NCBI GenBank assembly: GCA_016777305.1
Contig: JADHRR010000003.1
Span: 856-64,855 of the forward strand
Source of the DNA: Flavobacteriaceae bacterium
Lineage (GTDB): Bacteria; Bacteroidota; Bacteroidia; Flavobacteriales; Flavobacteriaceae
Length of the DNA: 64,000 bases
Reading direction: 5' to 3'
The notes beneath the pieces were generated by a model. It was not told the origin of the DNA, made no database searches, and was given only the letters and a program-made list of their open reading frames with translations. Positions 19,263-27,701 of the stretch are shown one piece after another. The position numbers and the translations under genes are program-made. Each line of letters opens with the position of its first letter. Within the stretch, counting starts at the first letter, position 1.

Positions 19263-19847
19263 ATGGTTAATAATAAACTTTCTGATTCCCAGTTAATAAG
19301 CGATTATATTAAAGGTAATGAATATTGTCTCGAAATTTTAATTAAAAGACATAAGCAAAAGCTATACAATTTTATTTATTCAAAGATTCAAGATAGAGAT
19401 TTAACAGAAGATGTTTTTCAAGATACTTTTATAAAAGTAATAAAAACATTAAAATTAGGAAATTACAATGAAGAGGGGAAATTTATATCTTGGGTAATGA
19501 GAATTGCTCACAATTTAGTTATTGATCATTTTAGGAAAAATAAAAGATTACAAAAATTTCAAAGTTCTGAAAACTTTGATATTTTTTCTGTTTTAAAGGA
19601 CAACACTCTTGATGCAGAAGATAATTTAATTAAAAATCAAATTGATTATGATGTTAGGAACTTAATTGAATTGCTTCCAAATGATCAAAAAGAAGTTTTA
19701 ATTTACAGATTTTACAATGACTTAAGTTTTAAAGAAATTTCTTATAAAACAGGTGTAAGTATTAATACTTCTCTTGGTCGAATGAGGTATGCTCTTATCA
19801 ATCTTAGGAGTATTATTTCAAAAAAAAACATATCTCTTACTAAATAG
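19263..19847 (+). CDS. ECF-type RNA polymerase sigma-70 family factor
   Basis: Region 2 (FISWVMRIAHNLVIDHFRK) and region 4 HTH (LPNDQKEVLIYRFYNDLSFKEISYKTGVSINTSLGRMRYA). I prefer ATG 19263 (MVNNKLSD) over GTG 19245. Confidence 0.85.
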   Translation: MVNNKLSDSQLISDYIKGNEYCLEILIKRHKQKLYNFIYSKIQDRDLTEDVFQDTFIKVIKTLKLGNYNEEGKFISWVMRIAHNLVIDHFRKNKRLQKFQSSENFDIFSVLKDNTLDAEDNLIKNQIDYDVRNLIELLPNDQKEVLIYRFYNDLSFKEISYKTGVSINTSLGRMRYALINLRSIISKKNISLTK

Positions 19848-19887
19848 CAATAACTTGTTTTTTTCTTCGTTATAAAGAAAAAACAAT

Positions 19888-20031
19888 ATGCAAAAAAATT
19901 ACTCTAAGAAAAAAAGAATAACTTCTAAAATACAGCCTAAAACAGAAACAATTAATTTTTTAATTAATTATTCGAAATCTTTAAGTGTAATTGAGCTTAA
20001 ATCTGAAAAAATTGAACTTAATCTCAATTAG
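19888..20031 (+). CDS. possible 47-aa ORF downstream of the sigma factor (hypothetical)
   Basis: My translation is MQKNYSKKKRITSKIQPKTETINFLINYSKSLSVIELKSEKIELNLN. It is below the ORF-track size cutoff and fills the only unexplained gap here. I have no homology evidence. Confidence 0.25.
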   Translation: MQKNYSKKKRITSKIQPKTETINFLINYSKSLSVIELKSEKIELNLN

Positions 20032-20680
20032 ATTTATTTAATAACTTACTAAAAAGTTTTTTTCTGCCTACCGTCTTGGTTATTATGTCTTTATTTATGT
20101 CCCATCCTCTGGCTGGAGAATATTCTCTTCCGTACCAAATAATTTGCAAATGTAATTTATTCCATAATTCAATTGGAAAAACTTTCTTTGCATCTTCTTC
20201 AGTTTTCTTTACGTTTTTTCCAGTAGAGATTTTCCAACGATATAAAAGTCTATGAATATGGGTATCTACAGGAAACGCGGGTATATTAAAAGCTTGAGAC
20301 ATTACAACACTAGCAGTTTTATGACCAACTGCAGGTAATTCTTCTAATAATTCAAAATTTGCAGGAACCTTACCATTATGTTTGTCAATTAAAATTTTAG
20401 ATAGCCCATAAATCCCTTTACTTTTCATCGGTGACAATCCGCACGGCCTTATAATATCTTTAATTTCTTCAACACTCATTTTGACCATGTCATAAGGATT
20501 ATCAGCTTTTTCAAATAAAATTGGAGTTATTTTGTTCACTCTAACATCGGTACATTGAGCAGAAAGAAGTACCGCAATTAATAAAGTATATGGATCTTTG
20601 TGATCTAAAGGTATAGGCACCTTTGGATATTTTTTTTCCAGTTCTTCAATAATAAATTTAATTCTTTCTTTTTTATTCAT
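20024..20680 (-). CDS. nth: endonuclease III-like HhH-GPD DNA glycosylase lacking the C-terminal 4Fe-4S cysteine cluster
   Basis: It has the HhH motif with the catalytic-type Lys (LPAVGHKTASVV) and the Asp motif (FPVDTHIHRL). The C-terminus YGREYSPARGWDINKD.. has no cysteines. Confidence 0.8.
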   Translation of the reverse strand: MNKKERIKFIIEELEKKYPKVPIPLDHKDPYTLLIAVLLSAQCTDVRVNKITPILFEKADNPYDMVKMSVEEIKDIIRPCGLSPMKSKGIYGLSKILIDKHNGKVPANFELLEELPAVGHKTASVVMSQAFNIPAFPVDTHIHRLLYRWKISTGKNVKKTEEDAKKVFPIELWNKLHLQIIWYGREYSPARGWDINKDIITKTVGRKKLFSKLLNKSN

Positions 20681-20703
20681 TTATATTATATTTACCTAAA
20701 ATT

Positions 20704-20711
20704 CAAATATA
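20704..20711 (-). promoter_or_regulatory. candidate -7 box (TATATTTG) for the nth-like gene
   Basis: The minus strand reads TATATTTG. Its G is 23 nt upstream of ATG 20680. Confidence 0.4.
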
Positions 20712-20717
20712 CTAATT

Positions 20718-21176
20718 ATGGGATTATTAAAAGTAGGGGATAAGATACCTAAATTCGAGTGCCTTGATGACAAAGGAAATATTGTTAAGACACAAGATTT
20801 GTTACCTAATAAATGTGTTATTTTTTTCTATCCCAAAGCAAATACACCTGGATGTACAGCTCAAGCTTGTAATTTATCTGAAAATTTTTCTGAGTTAAAG
20901 AATAATGGATACTCAATATATGGAGTCAGTGCTGATAAAGTAAAGTCACAATCATCATTTTCCACAAAGTTTGGTGGGTTTCCTTACCCTTTACTTGCTG
21001 ATGTTAACATGGATCTAATAAAATCTTTTGGTGTGTGGGGATTGAAAAAATTTATGGGAAGAGAGTACGAAGGTGTTTTAAGAACTACTTTTATCACAGA
21101 TGAGAAAGGAATTATTACTAGAGTGATTGATAAAGTAAAAACCAAGGATCACACTAATCAAATCCTAAATAGCTAA
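20718..21176 (+). CDS. bcp: thioredoxin-dependent thiol peroxidase (Bcp-type peroxiredoxin)
   Basis: Active-site motif PKANTPGCTAQAC, 152 aa. Confidence 0.85.
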   Translation: MGLLKVGDKIPKFECLDDKGNIVKTQDLLPNKCVIFFYPKANTPGCTAQACNLSENFSELKNNGYSIYGVSADKVKSQSSFSTKFGGFPYPLLADVNMDLIKSFGVWGLKKFMGREYEGVLRTTFITDEKGIITRVIDKVKTKDHTNQILNS

Positions 21177-21180
21177 GAAG

Positions 21181-22626
21181 TTATTTATAACCAAATAATT
21201 TCTGCTCTTTAATAAGCTTGCTAACTCCCTTAGGTAGCATATCTTCCCATTTAGGATCTCCACTGTTTATTAATTTCAGAACTTCTCTTGAGAATATTTT
21301 TAAGTGATTAATGTCATAGTCTACTACATCTTCAACTTTGCCATTATATTTAAAAAATTTATATAACTCTTTCATCCTCGGGTGGACCTTCAAATTATCA
21401 CTGTTGACAATTTTTCCATTTTCATCAAGCATTGGATATGCAAATACTTTAACATTTTTGAAAAATAATTTACCAAATGCTTCAAGAATACCACCACTAA
21501 GTTGTGTATAATATTTAGGATTGAATATTTCTATTAAATTATTAATACCCATTGTAATGCCTATTTTTTTCTTTGTATATAATGAGAAATATTCAACAAG
21601 TTTATAATATTCTTTAAAATCAGAAATTAATACTGTTTGTCCTAAAGAACATAAAAGTTTAGCCCTATCTAAAAAATCCTGTTCATCAATTTCACCATCA
21701 GATTTTAAATTTGATAATGTAATTTCAAACACAACTTGTGTTTTTTCTAATTCAACATTTTTTTGCTTTAAAAATAGCTTTATAGAGTTTAGATACATTT
21801 CTACATTGACCTTAGTCACTGGTCTAAAACTTCCCCTCAAGGCAAGAATGTTTTTTTTGTATAATATCTTAGCAGGTAAAACATTTTTACCTTCTGGTGA
21901 AAACATTACCGCATCAGTCATTCCACCTTTAACAAGTTGTAAACTAATCAATCTATTATCAACTTCTTTGAACACTGGCCCAGAAAAATTTATAGTATCA
22001 ATTTCTAACTGATCTTTGTTAAGATTATCGTACAGATATTTTAATATTTTTTTTGGTTGATTGTACTTGTAAAAAGCACTGTAAATAAGATTTGTACCTA
22101 AAACTCCAAGTGTTTCTTGTTGAAGTCTAGCATCATTTTCTTTAAATCTAATGTGAAGAATTATTTCATTATAAGCACCATTTGGCTCTATCTGAAATCT
22201 AAGACCAACCCAACCATGACCTTTAAATTTTTTGGCAAAATCTATTGTTGCAACGGTGTTTGCGTAAGAAAAAAATAATTTTTGAGGATGTTTATCTCTA
22301 GTTAGCCTTTCTTCAATTAAACTAGTTTCCCAATCAAGCATTTTTCTCAACCTATTTTCAGTAACATATCGTTTATCATCTTCAATACCATAAATTGCAT
22401 CACTAAAATCTTTGTCATATGCTGAAATAGATTTTGCAATTGTGCTTGAGGCACCACCAGCTCTAAAAAATTGCCTGACAGTTTCTTGACCAGCTCCAAT
22501 TTCAGCAAAAGTTCCGTAAATATTGTCGTTTAAATTGATTTTTAAAGCCTTCTGTTTTGTAGTTGGAACAGTTTTTACTTTTGAATCACCATTGTGAATT
22601 ATATCCATAGCTATATTTAATAACAT
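21181..22626 (-). CDS. conserved protein of unknown function
   Basis: A long ORF with a strongly conserved-looking N-terminal block (YGTFAEIGAGQETVRQFFRAGGASSTIAKSISAYDKDFSDAIYG). I cannot assign a catalytic motif. The start is ambiguous, at ATG 22626 or ATG 22608. The track's TTG at 22644 lies inside a -7 box. Confidence 0.6.
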   Translation of the reverse strand: MLLNIAMDIIHNGDSKVKTVPTTKQKALKINLNDNIYGTFAEIGAGQETVRQFFRAGGASSTIAKSISAYDKDFSDAIYGIEDDKRYVTENRLRKMLDWETSLIEERLTRDKHPQKLFFSYANTVATIDFAKKFKGHGWVGLRFQIEPNGAYNEIILHIRFKENDARLQQETLGVLGTNLIYSAFYKYNQPKKILKYLYDNLNKDQLEIDTINFSGPVFKEVDNRLISLQLVKGGMTDAVMFSPEGKNVLPAKILYKKNILALRGSFRPVTKVNVEMYLNSIKLFLKQKNVELEKTQVVFEITLSNLKSDGEIDEQDFLDRAKLLCSLGQTVLISDFKEYYKLVEYFSLYTKKKIGITMGINNLIEIFNPKYYTQLSGGILEAFGKLFFKNVKVFAYPMLDENGKIVNSDNLKVHPRMKELYKFFKYNGKVEDVVDYDINHLKIFSREVLKLINSGDPKWEDMLPKGVSKLIKEQKLFGYK

Positions 22627-22641
22627 ATAAATTATGCAATA

Positions 22642-22649
22642 CAAATGTA
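22642..22649 (-). promoter_or_regulatory. candidate -7 box (TACATTTG) for the unknown-function gene
   Basis: The minus strand reads TACATTTG. Its TTG is the start codon the ORF track used, which argues for a downstream ATG start. Confidence 0.35.
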
Positions 22650-22705
22650 TTAAAAATTGATTTGGTCAAAGAAAAATATTCTATTTTTATATTAATTATG
22701 TGACT

Positions 22706-23473
22706 ATGTTAGAAATCACCTTTTTAGGCACGGGTACCTCACAAGGAATACCAGTAATTGGAAGTAATCATCCTGTTTGTAAAAGTATTGACCAAAAAGA
22801 CAAAAGATTAAGGTCATCTATATTGATAAAATGGAAATCTTATAATTTTTTAATTGATTGTGGTCCAGATTTCAGATATCAAATGCTTCGATCTAATTGT
22901 AATAAACTTGATGGTGTTTTTATTACACATGAGCATAGTGATCATGTTGCAGGAATAGATGATTTAAGGCCATTTTATTTTAATTATGGAGATATTGATA
23001 TTTATGCACATAACAGGGTGTTATTGAACTTAAAAAGCCGTTATAATTATATTTTTAACAATGATAATAATTATCCTGGTCTTCCGGTCATAAATCCTAT
23101 TGAAATAGATAATAATGTCTTTAATGTCAAAGGATTAAACATTACTCCTATATGTGTTAAACATAATAAGTTACAAGTCTTTGGATATAGATTAGAAGAT
23201 TTTGCATATATAACTGATATGAAATCTATTTCGGATTCTGAATTATTAAAATTATCGAACTTAAATGTTTTAGTTTTAAATTGTATAAGAATAAAAGAAC
23301 ATCACTCTCATTTAAATCTAAAAGAAGCTCTTGATTTAGTTAAAATTATAAATCCTAAAGTATGTTATTTCACTCATATTAGTCACTACTTAGGATTTCA
23401 TGAAAAAGTTGAGAGTAATTTACCAGAAAACATCTTTTTGGCTTATGATCAATTATCTATAAAAGTTAGTTAG
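22706..23473 (+). CDS. MBL-fold metallo-hydrolase (PhnP/RNase Z-like)
   Basis: N-terminus MLEITFLGTGTSQGIP and the metal motif THEHSDHVAG (HxHxDH). Confidence 0.8.
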   Translation: MLEITFLGTGTSQGIPVIGSNHPVCKSIDQKDKRLRSSILIKWKSYNFLIDCGPDFRYQMLRSNCNKLDGVFITHEHSDHVAGIDDLRPFYFNYGDIDIYAHNRVLLNLKSRYNYIFNNDNNYPGLPVINPIEIDNNVFNVKGLNITPICVKHNKLQVFGYRLEDFAYITDMKSISDSELLKLSNLNVLVLNCIRIKEHHSHLNLKEALDLVKIINPKVCYFTHISHYLGFHEKVESNLPENIFLAYDQLSIKVS

Positions 23474-24122
23474 ATTCAAGCCAGTTTTTGAAATCATAAA
23501 AGTTTTCAGGAGAAATTGTATGTGCTGAATCAAATTCGCTAAATGAATACTTAATTTTATATTTTTTAAGTATTTCAGTCGATTTTCTAGCCCAATTTAA
23601 TGGAATAACTGGATCATCTTTACCATGTGAGATATATAAATTCAATTCACTGTAGTCTTTATTTTTTAATTCTATATTAATCATCGCTTCATCTATATAG
23701 CCACTAAAGCCAATAATATTTTTAAATTTTTCAGGATAATTAAGACATAAAGCATAACTAAGTATAGTTCCCTGACTAAATCCCAAAAGAGATATATTAT
23801 TATTATCAATTAAGTATTTCTTAGATAATTCCTTTATGAAACTAAGTATCATGTTTATAGAATCCTTAGCCTGATCATGATCATTAAACTTATTCATATC
23901 TTGGTCAAAACTTATATTATACCAAGCAAACCCACCACTAGCTAACTTAAATGGCGCTCTAATTGATACTATATAGTGGTTTTCAGGAAGATAATTAGCA
24001 AAAGAGTGTAAGTCAGACTCATTACTTCCAAACCCATGTAGTAGTATTAATAATGGTGATTTAGATTTTTTAGATTGAGGCTCTTTAATTAAATATTTAA
24101 AAGATAAGTCTTCATTTAACAT
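23466..24122 (-). CDS. alpha/beta hydrolase, phospholipase/carboxylesterase family
   Basis: It has an LLHGFGSNE oxyanion region and the nucleophile elbow GFSQG. 218 aa. Confidence 0.75.
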   Translation of the reverse strand: MLNEDLSFKYLIKEPQSKKSKSPLLILLHGFGSNESDLHSFANYLPENHYIVSIRAPFKLASGGFAWYNISFDQDMNKFNDHDQAKDSINMILSFIKELSKKYLIDNNNISLLGFSQGTILSYALCLNYPEKFKNIIGFSGYIDEAMINIELKNKDYSELNLYISHGKDDPVIPLNWARKSTEILKKYKIKYSFSEFDSAHTISPENFYDFKNWLESN

Positions 24123-25372
24123 TACTTGTGTATTGATAGTTTATTTTTATTAATTGTACCATAAACAACACCTCTTAATTTTGATTTTTTAAAAATTGAG
24201 TTTTTAGATTTAGATAAAATATTACCTTTATCAAAGATGTATTCCTTGTCTGGGTTGAATAGAGTTAAATTGGCTGTTTCTCCAATTTCAATTTTATTTT
24301 CTTGAATATTAAAAATAGATTTACCGTTAGTTAATATCTTTACAGCCATTTTTGTTGAAAAAATTGAATTTAATGCACCAAAAAAACTTTCCAATCCAAT
24401 GGTGCCATATTCAGCATTGTCAAATTCTGTTTTTTTAAGCTCAATATTCAGTGGGTTATGATCAGATGTAACCATGTCAATTGTTCCGTCTTTCACTCCA
24501 TCAATTAAAGATTGAATATCTTTTTTTGTTCTCAACGGAGGTCTTACTTTGAAGTTTGTATTAAAGTTAAGTAAATTGTTGTCAGAGAAAAATAAATTGT
24601 GAATTGCAACACTACAACTAACGTTTAGGTTTTTTTTCTTTGCCTCTCTAATCATATCAACTGACTTAGAAGTGGATATTGTTGGTATGTGCAAATTCCC
24701 ACCTGTATATTCAAGAATTGACAAGTCTCTCATTATTTGAACATGTTCAGACAAAGAAGGGTTACCTTTTAAGCCTATTGAAGTACTAGTAATATTTTCA
24801 TTCATAACCCCGTTATTTGACAATACCTTGTCTTCGGGAAATGAAAGTATTATTCCATTAAAATTAGACGAATACAATAAAGCTAATTTTAAAGTATTAG
24901 CATTAATTATGGGTTTTTTATAATCTCCAAAACATATTGCTCCTCCATTTTTCATATCATACATTTCTGTTAATTCCGATTTTAGATTAGTTAGAGCTCC
25001 TATAGGATATATTTCAACTAAGTCATTAATTGATTTGTTCTTTATGTACTCTATCTGGGATCGACTCTCTGAAATTGGGTTTGTGTTCGGTTGAAGTGCA
25101 ATGGATGTAAATCCAGATCTGGATGCAACTTTTAAACCATTATTGATGGTCTCTCTGTCTTCGAAACCTGGCTCACCAAATGAAACGCTAGAATCAAACC
25201 AACCTCTAGAAACGTGAAGGTTAGGTAAATTAATTTCTTTGTAATTTTTTGGATTAATTATATTGAAACCAATATTTGATATTATTCCATTTTCAATTAA
25301 TATATCAACTTTATTATTATGAAAATCACTTGTTTTGTCAATAATACTAGCGGATTTTAATAAAGTGTTCAT
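24122..25372 (-). CDS. dihydroorotase-like cyclic amidohydrolase with degenerate metal ligands
   Basis: Overall DHOase type I layout (FGEPGFEDRET, SDHNP, 416 aa). The canonical HxH is HVS (LPNLHVSRG), and the HIxHxS block reads LHIPTIST. Confidence 0.7.
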   Translation of the reverse strand: MNTLLKSASIIDKTSDFHNNKVDILIENGIISNIGFNIINPKNYKEINLPNLHVSRGWFDSSVSFGEPGFEDRETINNGLKVASRSGFTSIALQPNTNPISESRSQIEYIKNKSINDLVEIYPIGALTNLKSELTEMYDMKNGGAICFGDYKKPIINANTLKLALLYSSNFNGIILSFPEDKVLSNNGVMNENITSTSIGLKGNPSLSEHVQIMRDLSILEYTGGNLHIPTISTSKSVDMIREAKKKNLNVSCSVAIHNLFFSDNNLLNFNTNFKVRPPLRTKKDIQSLIDGVKDGTIDMVTSDHNPLNIELKKTEFDNAEYGTIGLESFFGALNSIFSTKMAVKILTNGKSIFNIQENKIEIGETANLTLFNPDKEYIFDKGNILSKSKNSIFKKSKLRGVVYGTINKNKLSIHK

Positions 25373-25404
25373 TTATATATTGAATTTAAAATGAAAAATT
25401 TTTA

Positions 25405-25412
25405 CAAAAATA
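25405..25412 (-). promoter_or_regulatory. candidate -7 box (TATTTTTG) for the DHOase-like/esterase pair
   Basis: The minus strand reads TATTTTTG. Its G is 32 nt upstream of ATG 25372. Confidence 0.4.
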
Positions 25413-25456
25413 ATAAAAGGATTTCAATTGAATTAGCTAAATGTTATTTTTAATAA

Positions 25457-26470
25457 TTAACAAAAAAAATAATAATCTTTCATTTTTATAAGTCCTTTCG
25501 ACTTGAAAAAGTCATTTATCAGTAATTGAGATTTATCATTTGCTACAGTAATAATACTCTGATAATTTTTTAATTGACTCAAGTATTCAATATTTTTTAG
25601 TTTTTTGTTGTAAATTAATTGATCAATTTTATTAGAATTATTACAAACCCAAAAAAAATCAATTTTAAATGCACAAAGCTTTTTTGCAACTAACTTTCCT
25701 CTTCTTCCAGCTCCCCAAACCACTAATGTTTTATTAATATCATAATTTAATTCAACAAAGTATTTTAACTTTAAGTCAATGAAACTATTATCTGCGTAAT
25801 TTGAATGATTTCTAGATGTTCTCATAGGATAATCTCTCCATAGATGTAGTACATTTTCTGATGCTATTATTTTTATTTTATTTTTGTATAATCTAAATAC
25901 TAAGTCATAATCTTCTGGATAAATATTTGAATCAAATGCTCCGCAAGAAATTAAATCATCTTTATGTAACAACCAATTAGGGGAAGGAATGACACATTCT
26001 TTATATATGTGATTAAAATTATCCTTATCCTCCATCATTTTGTTAAGCCAATTTTCATATTTCTTATATCCATCACCAACTCCTTTTTTAGAAAAATATT
26101 CAACTTTTGATGTTGAAATATAACCTTTACCTTTAATTTTTAATAAGTTGTATAATTCCTTTAATTTGTTTTTGTGCATTATGTCATCACTATCCATCCT
26201 AGTTATGTAATTTCCAGAGCATTTATTAAGACCAAGCCTTAGGCAATTAATTATACCTTGTTCTCCTTGATTTTTATAAAGTTTTATTCTTTTATTGTTT
26301 TCCGAAATTTTGTTTGCTATATCATAACTATTATCATTTGAATAATCATCTATCATGATTAATTCCCAATTCTTATAGCTTTGGTTAATAATTGATCTTA
26401 AACATTCTTCAAGGTACTTTGAAGAGTTTTTGAAGGGTGTTATAATACTAACTAAATCACTATTAGTCAA
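25457..26470 (-). CDS. family 2 glycosyltransferase with C-terminal Rossmann-like extension
   Basis: GT2 N-terminus (VSIITPFKNSSKYLEECLRSIINQSY, IDDYSNDNS, DSDD), then a tail of about 100 aa with VVWGAGRRGK (GxGxxG). Confidence 0.75.
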   Translation of the reverse strand: MTNSDLVSIITPFKNSSKYLEECLRSIINQSYKNWELIMIDDYSNDNSYDIANKISENNKRIKLYKNQGEQGIINCLRLGLNKCSGNYITRMDSDDIMHKNKLKELYNLLKIKGKGYISTSKVEYFSKKGVGDGYKKYENWLNKMMEDKDNFNHIYKECVIPSPNWLLHKDDLISCGAFDSNIYPEDYDLVFRLYKNKIKIIASENVLHLWRDYPMRTSRNHSNYADNSFIDLKLKYFVELNYDINKTLVVWGAGRRGKLVAKKLCAFKIDFFWVCNNSNKIDQLIYNKKLKNIEYLSQLKNYQSIITVANDKSQLLINDFFKSKGLIKMKDYYFFC

Positions 26471-27701
26471 AATATGAGTTATTAAGCAAAATAGTCTTTA
26501 CATTAAGCTTTTTTGATGAATCTGTCCAGCTTATAATAGTCTTATAATTGTCAATTATATTGATTTTTGGAAATCCAGATGATCTTGTATTTGAGATCTC
26601 ATCAATAATTATTGATTTATTAACTCCGTTAAATCTATCAACTCTTTGTAATTTTATAAATGCTTTATCATCTATATAATCCATATAACTAATAATTGAG
26701 GTATTTTCATTAATCATTTCAATATCTACTCTGCCTAAAGGATCACTTGTGTTAATTAAAATTGGATCATCAAAGCCTTTTGTAATATCATTTGTAAATG
26801 CAACTTTTATTTTACTTTCTCCATTAATTTCTGTATACCAAACCACTGAAGAAGAGTTATCAAAAGTTGAAATTGCTGGACCATTGACTGGGCATCCAGC
26901 TATTATCCAATTATCATTATTTACTGTTAGAGGAGTAGACCATTTAGAATTTTTAAAATATGAATAATAAATATCTCTGGTTTCGTTATTAGATCGATCT
27001 CTATAGACTGTTATTGGCGTGTTATTTGATGTTAAAGCTATATCAGTTTGACAGCAGTCACAAACCTTGTTATCTATTAATTCGTCCATAAGAATTACCC
27101 CATCTATGTTGTAGGAGGTTGCCCTTAAAGTCATTTGTGGTTTAAGTTTTTTGTTTTTCTTTGATAACTCGTTTTGTCTTCCGTCTAAATAGGTAGATAG
27201 AAAATTATTATTAAAATTGACAGTTGATACAAAACCATGCTCTGTTTTTGTATTGTCACTATGAAGTTTAATAGGATTATTCCAGCTATTTCCATCATCT
27301 TTTGAATTCATTACTTTAATATCATAAGAATAGGTATCTAACCCACTTTTTTCTAGATAGTGCACAGAAATACCATTTTGATTATTAGTGGTGATTCTAG
27401 GGAAGTCAGCCCAGTTAACAAACCAATCAGTTGAGCTATTAATTAAAGTTGGTTTACTCCATTTCAATTTATCTAATTCTAATTTAGAAAAATATAATTT
27501 ACTAAGATCTGAATTCTCAGATGAAGAGATAAAACTTAAATAAGTGTCACCTTTTAATGAAGTATATAGGTTTGGTTCAGAAGATTGATAGTCCTTAGTT
27601 AGACTAATATCATATAATTCAGTTGATTGATTACAGCCAAAAACAAAACTATGTAAAAGTATATATATAATTAATTTTTTAATATTTAGCAGATTTTCCA
27701 T
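26463..27701 (-). CDS. BNR/Asp-box (sialidase-like beta-propeller) lipoprotein
   Basis: Lipoprotein-type signal (LLHSFVFGC) and an Asp-box, SKDDGNSW. 412 aa. Confidence 0.6.
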   Translation of the reverse strand: MENLLNIKKLIIYILLHSFVFGCNQSTELYDISLTKDYQSSEPNLYTSLKGDTYLSFISSSENSDLSKLYFSKLELDKLKWSKPTLINSSTDWFVNWADFPRITTNNQNGISVHYLEKSGLDTYSYDIKVMNSKDDGNSWNNPIKLHSDNTKTEHGFVSTVNFNNNFLSTYLDGRQNELSKKNKKLKPQMTLRATSYNIDGVILMDELIDNKVCDCCQTDIALTSNNTPITVYRDRSNNETRDIYYSYFKNSKWSTPLTVNNDNWIIAGCPVNGPAISTFDNSSSVVWYTEINGESKIKVAFTNDITKGFDDPILINTSDPLGRVDIEMINENTSIISYMDYIDDKAFIKLQRVDRFNGVNKSIIIDEISNTRSSGFPKINIIDNYKTIISWTDSSKKLNVKTILLNNSYFD

